63,950 nt of DNA from Chiloscyllium plagiosum. Its lineage: Eukaryota. A program made the position numbers and the translations under genes. Location: the NCBI RefSeq assembly GCF_004010195.1, contig NC_057758.1:2578205-2642154 (forward strand). The letters run 5' to 3'. Positions 51,105-63,680 of this stretch are shown piece by piece (positions within the stretch are counted from its first letter, which is position 1; each line of letters begins with the position of its first letter). The notes beneath the pieces were generated by a model. It was not told the origin of the DNA. It made no database searches and was given only the letters and a program-made list of their open reading frames with translations.

Positions 51105-51233
51105 GATTCCTGAAGAAGGGCTCATGCCCGAAACGTCGATTCTCCTGCTCCTGGGATGCTGCCTGACCTGCTGCGCTTTTCGAGCAACACATTTTAGGCT
51201 CTGATCTCCAGCATCTGCAGTCCTCACTTTTTC
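51105..51233 (+). mobile_element. Penelope terminal mini-fragment that begins at its hammerhead
   Basis: ATTCCTGAAGAAGGGCTCATGCCCGAAACGTCGATTCTCC...CCAGCATCTGCAGTCCTCACTTT, inserted within CR1 RT. Confidence 0.85.
51108..51139 (+). ncRNA. Minimal hammerhead ribozyme core
   Basis: CUGAAGA (51110-51116)-A-GGGC-UCAU-GCCC-GAAA-CGUC. Confidence 0.75.
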
Positions 51234-52486
51234 CTTAATAAACAAGGCGTACGGTATGTTAGGTTTTATTAGGCCAAGGTTTGGGTATGGGAGCCATGAG
51301 GTCCTGATGCAGCCGTACAAACCTCTGGTGCAACTGCATTGTAGGAAACAAATGAAAGCAATAGGAACAGTGCGGAGGAGACTTGCCAGGTCGTTGCCTC
51401 ATATGGAGGGAAGGTCTTATTAGGAATGCCTGAGTGAGATGAGGCTGTTTGCGTTAGAGAGAAAAAGATTTAAGATGTGACTTCATCGAGGCATACAAGA
51501 TGATCAGACGATGAGATAGGGTGGACAATGGAAGCCTTTTTCATTGAATGGTGGTGGCTAGCACGAGGGGATATGGTGTTGAATTCAGGGGTGATAGAAA
51601 TTTGACAGCAGTCAGAGGTAGTTTCTTTACTCAGAGAGTTGTAAGGGCGTAGTGGAATCGCCAGCATTAAGGACAGTTAATGTTCACTGGATAAACACAT
51701 CAATGAGAATGGAATAGTATAGGTTAATCGGGCTTTAGATTAATTTCACAGGTCGGCGCAACATCGAGGGCCAAAGGACCTGTACTGCGCTGAAATGTTC
51801 TATGTTCTACGTACAACGTTCTATGTAGTATGTTCAATGATGTGGGTGTCTACCAGTCTCTGATTATTTTGGATAGTTGATCGATCTGTTAAATGTTTGC
51901 CGCTACACGGACCTCACTTGATGCAAGACTCCATTCAGTCTTTCAGAGCTCAACAAAAGCTACATTATTTTACTGTAATGACCGGAAATGATCCAGTATT
52001 TCAGTATGAACTCATATTAAATACATCGGTTGCATAATTGAATATTCATGTATCAGTCTTCCACAGTAGCCATTGTTTGCCTTTACACGGTACACTGTTT
52101 TCACAGTGTTAAGTATGCAAATTTCATTTATCCAATAAAAAGTTTGCATATTGCTGAGTATCTCACACTATCTCTATTGTATTACTGTTGTGTTTTTTAA
52201 AAAAACATATCGACAATATACATGTTGCATATTGCTGAGTATCCAAACATTAGCCCACTAACACAGGTGCCATTCCATTACCAGAGAGATCATCCAGCCA
52301 CTGAAAATTAGCTCATGCCCCATTTTCTGCTCTCTCACACTGTCGAAGTAATATTCGTGTCGATTATGTCTCTTTGTGCATGCGGATATATGTCTGTTTA
52401 AATGTGTGAGTGTATATGTGTAGTACCTCCGGGCATGCTCATGCCTGGCTGTGTCAGCCTGCATGTGTTGTTTCTGCATATGAAAA

Positions 52487-52555
<69 letters not shown>
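52487..52555. repeat. Compound (GA)n(GT)n microsatellite
   Basis: Read directly from the sequence. Confidence 0.95.
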
Positions 52556-52557
<2 letters not shown>

Positions 52558-53029
52558 GTGTTTGTGAGATTGTGTAGATCAGCGAGTGCAGCCGTGTATG
52601 TGTATTTGCTGGCGTGAGCATTCGTTTGTGTTTGAGCCAGTCAGTTTGAGTTGGTATTTATGTGAATAAATTGCTGTGCATATACCGGTGTGATTTTGTG
52701 TGTGATACTCTTTGACTCCTCAGTGCACGTCATGGGTTTAACTGTTTTGTGGTTTTTACAACTGCTAACATAAGAATTATCTCTGTTATCAATTATTGAA
52801 TTTTCATCATCCCGATTGTTCATGATGCAGCAGAGGATGAGATATGTCCTATTTATAATTGTTGGACTCCTGCGGATGGTGCAGCCAGGCACTGCTGATG
52901 AACAAATGAAACCAAGACAGTTATTAACAAGTGGACCTATCCCTCGTGAAACAGCCTTCACATATATTCAGATGGGCTTTGCACTATTGGCTTTCAGCTC
53001 ACAAGAGCATAAAATCAATTGGTTGATAT

Positions 53030-54040
53030 CGTGATGATGCTGCCTCTTAAACAAGCTTATTTTGTCCTCGTTTTGCTTTTATTACAAGAATGTTCATAAA
53101 GGCAGAGATGTCGATTAGTTTGGTTTGGTTACTTTAGAACAATTGCAGAGGAGTTCCCATTTCTCCCAAGTCAGGTTATATATTTGTCGTCAGATTATTT
53201 TTGCAGCAAGCAGGTAAAAACTGCTGGGACCGACAGAAGCAGCTACAGTAAAAAAGAAAAAATTGGTCCCAGGCTTCAACAGAGTTCTTGCCTGAAATTT
53301 TGCACTGAAATCACTTCTGCATATAAGACTTTGTGTTTGAATTTACGTTTTGCTACGGGATGTATTTATGGGATGCTGCTGGGCTTGGAACATCTTCGTT
53401 TAGTTGTGATACTATTGTTTCCTTTGCAAATAAATTATTTTAAATTCTGTTTTAATTTTTCATGTTTCAGTAATTGAATCAATTCTGTTTGTGTAAAGTT
53501 GAGTATTTTCCATAGCTGCATCACTCCTGGAATATGCATACTACATCGGCCTTTACAATAACTAAAGGATGGTATCTGTGCTACCTTCTTTTTAGCAGTC
53601 TGGTTATGTCCATAATGAACAGGGAATTTGTTTACGCTTTCAGTTTCGGATTATGGTTGCTGGGCTCAATTGCAATGAATGGTAAGCTTTGGTGTCTTTT
53701 GTTGTGGGTGGTACATTCAGTTGGTTCAAGTGTTTGGCTCTTTAAATCACTCCGAACATTCTGGGTGGCAGTAATAGCTGGAGATGGACTTACCTCATCC
53801 TTGGGAAAAGGACATGTAATTACAGCAGTAGCTAAACATTTAAATTTGCAGGAAACGTCATGACAACTTTCAGAATTTACTAAAATCCAATTGAAAATGA
53901 AGAAGGTTGTGTTAGAGGTAAAAAACAAAATGGCAGTTAGTCAGAAACGTCGCGTGGAAAAGACTGAGAATTTCAAAACTTCTGAAGCACTGAGAATTCG
54001 TGGAAGAGAAGAGAGTTAAAACAGCAAGATAAGAAGCTGA
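53030..54040 (+). mobile_element. Possible degraded LTR and gag 5' remnant of an LTR retrotransposon
   Basis: An AT-rich block starting with TG, followed by an E/K-rich, coiled-coil-like degraded frame. I found no diagnostic motif. Confidence 0.35.
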
Positions 54041-54229
54041 AATGGTTGATAAATACCAGTGGGTTTAGCTTTGATCAAATTTCAGTCCGTAAAGGATAGA
54101 AATTGGGGAACAGAGTAATCCTCACATGGTCAGTGAAAAGTAGATCTCAGTGGAGACCATAAATACTACTTACGTGGGAAAAGGAAACTGTTAACGGGGA
54201 AAGAGATGTTAAAAGTCTCTGGTGTTTTC

Positions 54230-55830
54230 ACTGCAATAAAGTAGACTATGTGTTAAAGAATGGGTTATGCAAGATGAGGGCCTGTCAACGACAATGATGA
54301 GAACTTGTGCGTGGAGTCTTAAACCATAGTTGAGGCATTAAATGAATATATTGCGTCAGTATTTGTACAGGAGAACACTGAGATACAAGCCAATCGCCGA
54401 GACTGAATAGAGTTTCATAAGGAGGATGTGTTAGCAACACTGGAAAGTGCGAAAATAGATAAGTCCCCTTTTCCAGATGGGATTTAAGTTAGGATTCTCT
54501 GGGAAGGAAGGGAGGAGATTGCGAACCCTTTGACTTTTATCTTTAATTCGTCATTGTCTGAAGTGATAGTGCCATAAGACGGGACGATAACAAATGCTGT
54601 CCGTTGTTCAAGAAAAGGAGTAATGACAACTCTGGTAATTATAGACCACCATTCGATTGTGGGTAAATTGTTGGAAACGAGTCTCAGAGGTTGGATTTAT
54701 AATCATCTGTGGAGCAACAATTTGATTAAGGATAGTTAACATGGTTTTATGAAGGGTAGGTACGAAAAGTATTGAGTACTTTGATAAGGTGACCTAACAA
54801 ATGGATGACGTCCTGCCCTTGATGTTATGTATATGAGTTTCAGTAAAGCTATTGCAGGAAATACGGAGGCATGGGGTTGATGGTGATTTAGCGGTCTTAA
54901 ATTGGCTCGCTGAAAGAAGGTAGAGGGTAATGCTTGATGGGAAATGTTCTTGTCAGAGTTCAATTACTAGTGGTGTACTGCAAGGGTTTGTCTTGGGGGC
55001 CACTGTTGTTTTTCATATTTATAAATGACTAGATGAATGCGTAGAAGGATGGGTTAGTAAATTTGTGAATGGCAATAATATTGGTGAAATCGTGGACAGT
55101 GCAGAACGACGTTGCAGGTTACAGAGGGACATAGATAAGCTGCAGAGTCATGTGGATGAGCAACGGCATCTTGGTGTCTGTATGCATAGATTCCTGAATT
55201 TTGCCAACCAGTTTGATAGGGCTGATGAGAAAGCATATAGTGTGTTCGCTTTTCTTGGTAGAGGGAGTGAGTTTCAGAGCCATGAGATCATGTTGCAGCT
55301 CTACGAAACTCTGGTGTGGCCACTCTCGGTGTGTTGCATACAATTCTGTTAGGTGCATTACAGGAAGGACTTGGAAGCAATGGAAAAGGTGTAGAGGAGA
55401 TTTATTATGAAGTTGCCTGGCATTATGTGAACGACTTGCAAGCAAAGACAGAGGTTAAGAGGTGTCTTAATGCAGGCATACAAGATGATCAGAGGATTAG
55501 ATAAGTTGGAAAGTAAGAGTATTTTCCTTGGATGGTAATAACTAACATGCGGGGACATAGCTTTAAACACAGGGGTGATAGATATAGGACAGATGTCAGA
55601 GGTAGGTTCTTTCCTCAGAGAGCAGTAAGGTCGTGGATTGCGCTGCCTGCAACAATAGTAGACTGGACAACTTTCAGGCACTTAAATGGTCATTACATAA
55701 ATATATTAATACCAGTAAGTTAGATGGCCTTCAGATTGGTTGCACAAGTCGGCGTAAAATCGAGGGCCGAATGTCCTGTACTGCGTTGTGTTCTGCTACG
55801 TTCTCTGTTCAAAATTCTATGTTCTCTGTA
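54230..55830 (+). mobile_element. Degraded CR1 LINE ORF2 with tail
   Basis: DKSPFPDGI, GNYRP, CRLQRDIDKLQS, MLQLYETLVWP, RGHSFKHRGDRYRTDVRGRFFPQRAVRSW, and a TTCTATGTTCT tail. Confidence 0.85.
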
Positions 55831-56373
55831 CCCGTAGTTACCGTAGAGCCAGTCTCAGTACCAAAGATTTGACTGTGGTTACTACACTCCCCTGAGAGTT
55901 CCCTCAATTCCTACATTTATCAGACCAGCATTCTTGTTAGTGATAGGGGTAGCCACAGGAGTCTCCTCACTGCATGTCTCGCTCTTCTACCTTTACTGGA
56001 GGTAAGAATTCCACCTGATGTTTAATTCTCTGTTCCTGAAACTGGCATCCATCACTCCCTCTAGTTGCTGTAAAACGGTTCCTCCATCCGTTCCTGGCAC
56101 ATCGTCCGCCCCAATCTCAAAGCTACAGCACTTCAAGACTTAGGACAACATTACTGCCCCCTGACCATGACTAGGTCGAAATTGCTAATCTTAATTCCTG
56201 ACAACAGTGGTGCATTTGATAACAGCACGAACTGCTGTGTCTTTGTAAGGGACTTCATCACCATCGTCTAAAGAGTGTTTGGTGATCTGAATTGCAATTT
56301 GATTTAAAGGGAGCAGTCCACTCAAAAATGAACCAACACTGGCAGAGACAAACACAATAAGGAGGAACACCTG

Positions 56374-57461
56374 TTACACATGCTGCCACCTTATGGGATG
56401 GGACATTGCACAAATAGAAATGGACATTTGACACAGAGTCAACGACAGAGCGATGGAATCTGTACCTTTGACTTCGAGGTGAGTTGTTCCATTAAGTGGC
56501 AAAATTCGGTGAAAGAAAGAAGGCCGTATAAATTTCAGAGACAGTAAATAAGTTGGTTCTCCTCGTTGTTTATTGCATTTAACGACTTGATTGAATGGAC
56601 AGCTCAGCAACTTCTTCCATTGCTCTCTGAACTTAGTCTGAGTCATGGCGTAAATACATGTGTTTGTGCAGCAACTCAGAAGCTGCAGCATGAAACCAAT
56701 TTCACGTACAATGTCAGGTATCCAAATGAAATTGTAGCCGAAGAAATACATGTGTCTCCACACAGAATAAATCATTAGCATTGTCCATAATAATACAAAA
56801 TTCCCTGAGATAACAAATAATATGATGATTGCTTTCCTTCGATTCTCCAACTCCGGATCGCTGGGTTTCTTCCTGTCGCTGTGAGCCCGGAGTCTCCTAC
56901 GGGCTCGGCTGCTGACTACAATGTTTCTAACCGTAAATGTGTTTAGAAGCAGGATCAGAGTAAAAGGTAAGCACGGAGTTAAAATGTATTGTAGGAAGTC
57001 GATTATTGTCCATGTTAGTGAAAAATGATCATTTCTTACCTGACAAAACATTGGCGAATTCTTAAGTGTGTACTGTCGTGTGAACATCAAAAACCAGAAA
57101 ATGTTCTTCATTAAGCTCAGCAGTGTTATGCCTGCCAGAAGGGTAACCGCTGATTTCTTTGTGCAAAAAGTACTTTTCAAAGTCTGACTAGAAATCGCCA
57201 CAAATCTATCGAAGGTGAAAGCGACTGTGAACCAAACTGAACAGTCTGTCACTGTGTAAACCAGTGCTGCATGAATATTACACAACGGGAGTGTCTTCAG
57301 GAATAAAAAGTGTTCCCGATAAACAATTGGAATATGCCTCAATATCAAGTCGAGAATAATCACTAATAGATCTGACGTTGACATTGCTACCAGGTAGACA
57401 GTGACACATTTCGAAAGGTTACATTTTCCCCGAAAGAGAATCAAAATTGTAAAGATGTTAA
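56374..57461 (-). CDS. GPR139/GPR142-like class A GPCR, coding exon 2 (end of TM1 through C-terminus)
   Basis: An open frame of 362 aa follows the acceptor CTCTTCCCTGTAG at 57462-57463. Motifs: (V)NIFTILILFRGKCNLSKCVTVYLVAMSTSDLLV, LCNIH, FTFDRFVAI, PCLPF, ENRRKAIIIL and SCCTNTCIYAMTQTKFREQ. Confidence 0.92.
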
Positions 57462-58931
57462 CTACAGGGAAGAGAAAGAGAGTACAATGATTAGATTAGT
57501 ATCAAAATGAGGGATAAGGTGTATAATCTTTGAGATGGGCAGATGGCTGACTTTATCCTGACATGCAAGTCCTGTCTTGTCTGATTTCCCCAGATGGATT
57601 TCCCTTCACTTGTAAATTATCACAGTGAATGGAGTTGTGAATTCAGATTAATGCAAGCGGCGTTCAGGTCTGTCCTGTTAGACGTCTGTGGGTGTCAGTG
57701 TATCCTTCTGCTCCAAATCAAGCAAAATAAAGAATATCATTTTTTTTTAATGACAGAGCTCATCATATTATTTACACAGTGATTCTGAAATACAAACAGA
57801 CAAGCAGATTGCCTCCCTCTTCCCATCCTGCTTGGTGATTTTGTTTAGGAAGATCTAATTTCAGTTTTCGTGAGGGTACTAATGTTAAATGTTTGGAGCT
57901 GTGTATTTGATGTTCTTTTAATCAGGGATGATGACTCTTCGGTAAAATGACTTCATTTCCCGAGTTTCAATTAAGCCAAGAATCATTGGAAGTTGAGGCT
58001 CAATTTGAGTTTCCTTTGCTGTTCTAAGGTTTTTCTTGCCTTATCAGTCTGCTCGGTTTTAAATTATGAAATGAACTGAGCGAGGTATTGTTTTTTTTTT
58101 CCGCCAATGATTTCTGGAGGATTCCTGCATGTTTTGAAATCAAGTAACCTGCAAAACTGTTGGTTCTAGCAGTAGTTGAAGTGTAGCTTTCAGATGAACC
58201 GGTGCCAGTGATTTGCTTCTAAATGGAGATTTCACTGGCGAAAGGGGTGTGGTTGGTCCCTGGACCACTGTCCAATTGTAAATTACAAATGCCTTCTGCC
58301 TGCAAATAATTATGTGATTATTTGTCAGGTAGTGGAACAGCCTGAACATCTCGAGTAGATGCAGAAAATTCATTAGCTCCCTGTGCTCTTTCCAATAAAA
58401 AGCTTGTTACGTCCGAATAAATCAAGTTTACCTTCACAACTTCAATTTCCATAAGTTTAATTGATAAATCAGAGACCCCCTCCAAATCAATGCATACATC
58501 ACAAGATCTGCAGCATGGAAGCAGGTCATTTATCCCAAATCCACACCGACCCTCCGAAGATTAATCCAGACCCATTCCCGTCCACTTATGACGTTACTGT
58601 GTTATAGAAGCAGCGTCCTAATCAGCACAATAATCATCACAATAATCATCCTATGAACAGAGTCCACTGACCTGAGTTGCCAGGGTTCCCTCTGTCCATA
58701 ATATTCATCATTTTTTAAATCTTCCTCTGTACTTGCAAGTGATTAATGGAGGAAAACGTAACAAGTGTTTCGGCTTTTAATTGGTAATGCATTTCTTCAA
58801 GGATTAGAATTGCTTAATCGCAGGGTGAATCGATCTATGGACAATATTTAGTCACGAATTGTTCAGTGCAGAAACCTGGTCCTTTTTTCTGTTGCCATGG
58901 ATGTAAACAACAGTAAAATTGTGGAATTCTG

Positions 58932-59270
58932 GAGAACGTGGTGACTCAGTGATTAGAATTGCCGCCTCATAGCACCAGTAATCTGGGTTCAATGCCAGCC
59001 TTGGGCGATTGGCTGTGTGAAGTTTGCAAATTCTCCCCTTGTGAGCATGAGTTTTCTCTGGATGCTCCGGTTTCCTCCCACAATCGGAACGTATGCAGGC
59101 ATTGTGAATTGGCCATGCTAAATTGCGCATGGTGTCGGTTTAGGTGCATTCGTCAGGGGTAAATGAAGAAGAACAGGGTAGGGGACTGCGTCTGAGTGGA
59201 TTACTATTTGGACTGTCGGTGTAGTCTGGTTGGGCCTCATAGACTGTTCCACACTTTGGGTATTCTATGA
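58932..59270 (+). mobile_element. Older HE1-type SINE in the GPCR intron
   Basis: GGTGACTCAGTGATTAG A box, GGGTTCAATGCC B box, and V-domain CCGGTTTCCTCCCACA. Confidence 0.85.
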
Positions 59271-59899
59271 TAAACCTCTCCTATGACCATGCCACAAATC
59301 GTACACGAGCAGGATTGATTCACAGCACACTACCCTCGCGAGATGTTAGTTTGTTTTTGGATTAACAACACAGGAATTGGCTGCTGATGTATTGCATAGA
59401 ATGTGACAGTGCATACCATATATGGATGTGAAATAATTTGGCTTTGGTTCATCTTTTCATGATCTGCAAAGTTTGAATTCAGTACAGAAAGAACCTTGTG
59501 ATAGTTACTGTACAAGAAAACGTGAAGTTGGAGTGTTGACCATGCATAAATGAAAGCCACTTTTGCAAGTTGGCCAATGTTGTAGCGCATTACTGGAGAC
59601 TGGATTCAGCAAAGGCCTGACAGGGAATCTCTGTAGCAAATTAGCTACGGATGAGGAGAATTGTGGTTATGTTATGGACGGCTTAGTAGACAAGATTAGT
59701 AAAAGACAGGGGATGTGCTGGGAATTCAGTAAATATCTAAATCGTTTACCAAGCATGCAAAAAGTATGGATATGCCAGAGGTCTTGGACAAAACGGAAAG
59801 ATTCTGAAGCATTGTTTGGGATCAGATTTTGGAACATTGACTGTTTTAATTATTCATCTTATCAGCATTGATATAAGATAGCGTTACTCAGCTGACAGT

Positions 59900-60148
59900 T
59901 GCCTCAGGCGACTGACTGTTTGGAGTTTGCACATTCTCCCTGTGTCTGCGTGGGTTTCCTCCGGGTGCTCGGGTTTCCTCCCACAGTCCAAAAATGTGCA
60001 GGTTAGTTGAATTGGCCATGTTAAATTGCCCGTAGTATTAGGTGAAGGGGTAAATGTAGGGGAATGGGTCTGGGTGGATTGCGCTTCGGCGGGTCGGTGA
60101 GGATTTGTTGGGCCAAAGGGCCTGTTTCCACACTCTAAGTAATCTAAT
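59900..60148 (+). mobile_element. 5'-truncated HE1-type SINE in the GPCR intron
   Basis: GCCTCAGGCGACTGACTG...GGGCCTGTTTCCACACTCTAAGTAATCTAA. Confidence 0.9.
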
Positions 60149-61243
60149 TTGGTCATGATTCATTCCGGACAAAAAATATGCAAACGTGATGAAAGACAAC
60201 TTGTGAGCCATGCAACTTATTACCACAGTTCCAAGAGAACATTGAAGAGAAATGAAATAAGAAATTAACAATAGAATAGAGTCACAAAGAACCATTGCAT
60301 CATAAAGCATAGAGACTGGCCTTTAGACACAAACTGACTATTCCGACCAAAATATCCATTAAAGTGAATCCGATTTTCCTGCACATGGCCCATCCCCTCC
60401 TACAGCTGTCCTATCCACGTATTTGTGTAAACGCCAAAGAAATATTGTCAAAGTACCCATCTCAAACACTTCTGATTGCAGCTATTGTAACATCCTACTT
60501 CGAAAAAGAAGGGTTGCCACTCAGTTTCCCTTTTATAAAGTCGCCTCTTATCTTAAAGCGATGCCCTCTCTTCCTCGTAGAAATTAAACTCTCGCTGGCT
60601 CACTCTTAAAAGCCTCTGACATACCGGAAGCTTCTTTCCCTGCAATGAAAACACCCCAGTCAACCCCTGCAAGATCTAATCTAATTTCATCAATATTTGC
60701 CTTTTCCCATTTTATAACCTCAGCCTGTGGACAAGTCTTGACCATCTCTATGAATATATTAAAAAAAAATTGTACAATGATCTCTGGTCAGAAATTGCTC
60801 CCCTACTGTCACCTGAAGCATCTGTTCAGACGAGTTCGTGATTCAGGCGCGAGTCATTAGGATTGGTGAGGCTGCATGTAATCTGATCCTGTCTTACACT
60901 GTGAGTTAGAACGACGATACTGTTCGTGGGTATTGAGCAGACTGTGCTTCCTGACTGTGGACAATAGCGTCAGTTTTCTAAAGATATGAATAAGAATTGA
61001 ATTTGCACTGGACTGCAAATCTGAAATTTGGAGACTGAGACCAAGGCAGAAATTTAAGAGAATTTGAGAGAAAAATTACATTACAAAGAGAGGAATGCGT
61101 GTATCTCTGATCACTGTATTTTATAGTTGCACAAAAATTCTTCCCAAGAACACTAACACCAACAAAAAGGAGCAGTAGTGATTTATAGTTTTCTTGCAGG
61201 AAAGCATGACTTCCAGTATCAGTCACTGAATGTAGACACTTAC

Positions 61244-61430
61244 CCGGAACACCAATAATAGCCAGAATGGAATAGTAGAATTGTTCCACTATCCCAACCG
61301 TCCAATAGACCCATGATTTTAAATTCACCGATTCATGATTCTCATAAATGTCGTCAAGCTGATAGGAAAACAAATTATCCAATGTTTTAACGTTGGTAAG
61401 TGCTGTTCCCAGATCCCGATTCATTCCCAT
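61244..61430 (-). CDS. GPR139/GPR142-like GPCR, coding exon 1 (N-terminus and most of TM1)
   Basis: MGMNRD...IVEQFYYSILAIIGVP (62 codons plus 1 nt), then the donor GTAAGT at 61243. The phase-1 junction G|TT gives IIGVPVNIFTI, in frame with exon 2. Confidence 0.88.
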
Positions 61431-61879
61431 AACAATCTCTGAGATTCCAACTGAGCTTCACTCTCTGTTGTGAGCCGCAGATCCGTATCAGTTCAGGAAG
61501 TGACACAGCGCTCTCTCTGACATAGTGAAAGGATGCAGTGGGGGATAGGTACTTATTGGGAGAATAGAGAACTCGCCAGTGACACAATGAGATGCCCCTT
61601 GGCAGCTGCGATGAATCACTATCTCAGATGGTTCGGGTTCAGTTTCCACTCGGTGATTTTTGAACAACAATAGTAAAGACCCCAATGTTCGGAAAAAAAC
61701 CACGAGGGATTCGTGAAGGAGTGGGATGAAACTGCTGATGCTACAATCAAGTATTATTTGCCCCCCAAAATCACTAGTTTATCTTACAATCGGTGCTTTC
61801 CATTCAATGTTTGCAATCCGACGATTTCGAATACTTTTCCTGTCGACAGATAAACCACTAACACTTGTAATATTTACAT

Positions 61880-62555
61880 AAACATCCTGGTTCCTTAAAA
61901 GTGGCGTCCCATATAGACAGGGAGTTGAAAGAAGTTTATGGCACGCTACCATCCTCGTTCAGAACATGGAGTTGAGATATCATATTACAAGACATGTACA
62001 AGCTGAACACGTCATTAGTAAAGGTGCATTTGTTGTATTGTGCACATTTCTGTACACACTGCTACAGGAAGTGTGTTATTAAACGTAACTGGCAAAAAAA
62101 AAAGATTCACAAGGGTGTTAACGAAACTGGAAAGTTTAATTTTATTACAAAACCCTGGACAAGTTGGGATTTATTTGCCAGGCGTATAGGAGGCTCGGAG
62201 TTGACATCGTAGAGGTTTATAAAATAATGAGGGCATAGATATAGTTAAAAGACAAAGTCTTTCTCCCAGAGTATAGGAATCCTAAACTCGAGGGCAATAG
62301 TGTGACAGGGAATTTTTTTAAAATAAACCTCAGGACCAACATTTTCAAAAAGAGAGCGGGATGTGTGTGGAACAAGCTGCCAAACGAAGTGATTAGGCGA
62401 GTATCATTACAATATTTACATTTCAATTCGACAGATACACTGATTGGTAGTGTGTACAGGGATATTGGTCCAACGCAGGATAACTCAGTTATCACAAAAT
62501 GGAGGAGTTAGTCCGAACAGTCTGTTTCTCCATTGTATGACCGAATGACTCTATG
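61880..62555 (+). mobile_element. Old CR1 3' fragment
   Basis: LVKVHLLYCAHFCTHCYRK, VEVYKIMRGID and CVWNKLPNEV. Confidence 0.75.
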
Positions 62556-63014
62556 GTGATTAATAATGTCTGAGGTTGGTCCATGTGTGCTGGAAACCAG
62601 GATGAAGGACTATGCACCATGTTCAGCCATTCGTATCCAGAAAAATCCTCAGGTGCCAATAAAGCACCTTGTCTGTCTTCAGCCAATTCTGTTCCCGTCA
62701 GATGGTATCAAAGTGCTGCTGAAGACATTGATGAGAAAATTTTCCACTTGTTCTCACACTGGTCTGCATTTAATTCTAACAGCTGGTAAATGTAATTGGG
62801 GAAGCACACTCTTCATACACCACATACCAACACTGGCAACAACACGAGAGTCTGGAAATTCTACCGCGTGTGGCATTTTCGGAATAAAGCAAGACAAAAA
62901 AATCTCATCCATCTATTTCCCATCTCATAATCGGCAACCCTCATCCCCAATAAAGAGATGAACATTGCCAATGACCGAGTCATCAAACCCACACAGACAT
63001 AGTTCATTGCTTTT

Positions 63015-63680
63015 CAGTGTGAGGGGAGGGTGAGCAGAAAGATGTTGTGGGACACGTCGGTATCAATGACATTGCTATAAAAAGGGATGAAGTCAGAGAG
63101 TTAGGAAGGAGGCTAAAACGAAAGAACAGAAGGGTACTACTGTCTGGGTTGCTACATGTGCCACACAATAGTGAGAGCAACAATAGGAATATATTACAGC
63201 CAATTGGGTGGCTGAAGAGGTGGTACAGGTGGCTAGGTTTCAAATTTGTGAAACGTTGGTTTCCACTCCGGGGAAGGTGTGACCTGTACAAAAAGGATAG
63301 GTTTCACCTGAACCTGAGGGGGTGGAGTGTCAATATCCTTGCCAAAATATTTGCTGGAGTTGTTGGGGAAGCTTTAATCGAGGTTGGCAGAGGCGTGGGA
63401 ATCAAAGCATCAGTTCAGAAGATGCAGTGGTAAATGTAACAGGAGATGAAAAGAAGAAAAATTGTGAGGAGGGGTCGACTAAAATGGTAAGAGCATTGGA
63501 GTCCAGACAGAAAAGCAGAAGGAAGCAGTGCAGAGACCACAGCAAAAGGCAGAAAAGCAAGAAGTAAAATTGGACCACAGAATCATATGCAAAATACTGG
63601 GAAATGTCTGGACTCTAAAGAGACAATGAGTATCAGGTCACTTTATCGGAATGCCTGTAATATTCGAAACAAGGTCAACA
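63015..63680 (+). mobile_element. Old CR1 ORF1 (SGNH esterase-like) to ORF2 start
   Basis: VVGHVGINDI...RVLLSGLLHVP...WLKRWYRWLGFKF...LYKKDRFHLN, then LYRNACNIRNKV. Confidence 0.8.

Larger units (their letters stand above)
48975..51826 (+). mobile_element. Degraded CR1 LINE ORF2 (endonuclease to tail)
   Basis: SIRNKVGKLAAWVG...ISDTW, VVLMGDC, NLIEFFEKVT...MDFNQAFNKVH, SKFADD, and a GTTCTATGTTCTA tail. Confidence 0.85.

Noticed and set aside
52092..52140. CACAGTG heptamer and ATGCAAAT octamer, suggesting an Ig/TCR segment
   Set aside because: There is no acceptable nonamer at 12 or 23 spacing and no V, D or J coding sequence nearby.
52816..53034. Signal-peptide-like ORF (MRYVLFIIVGLLRMVQPG...)
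   Set aside because: It has no GT donor after the leader, no recognisable downstream domain and no second copy to support it.
60978..61243. Extension of the exon 1 ORF to 150 aa
   Set aside because: This is intron read-through past a consensus GTAAGT donor. The spliced product restores TM1.
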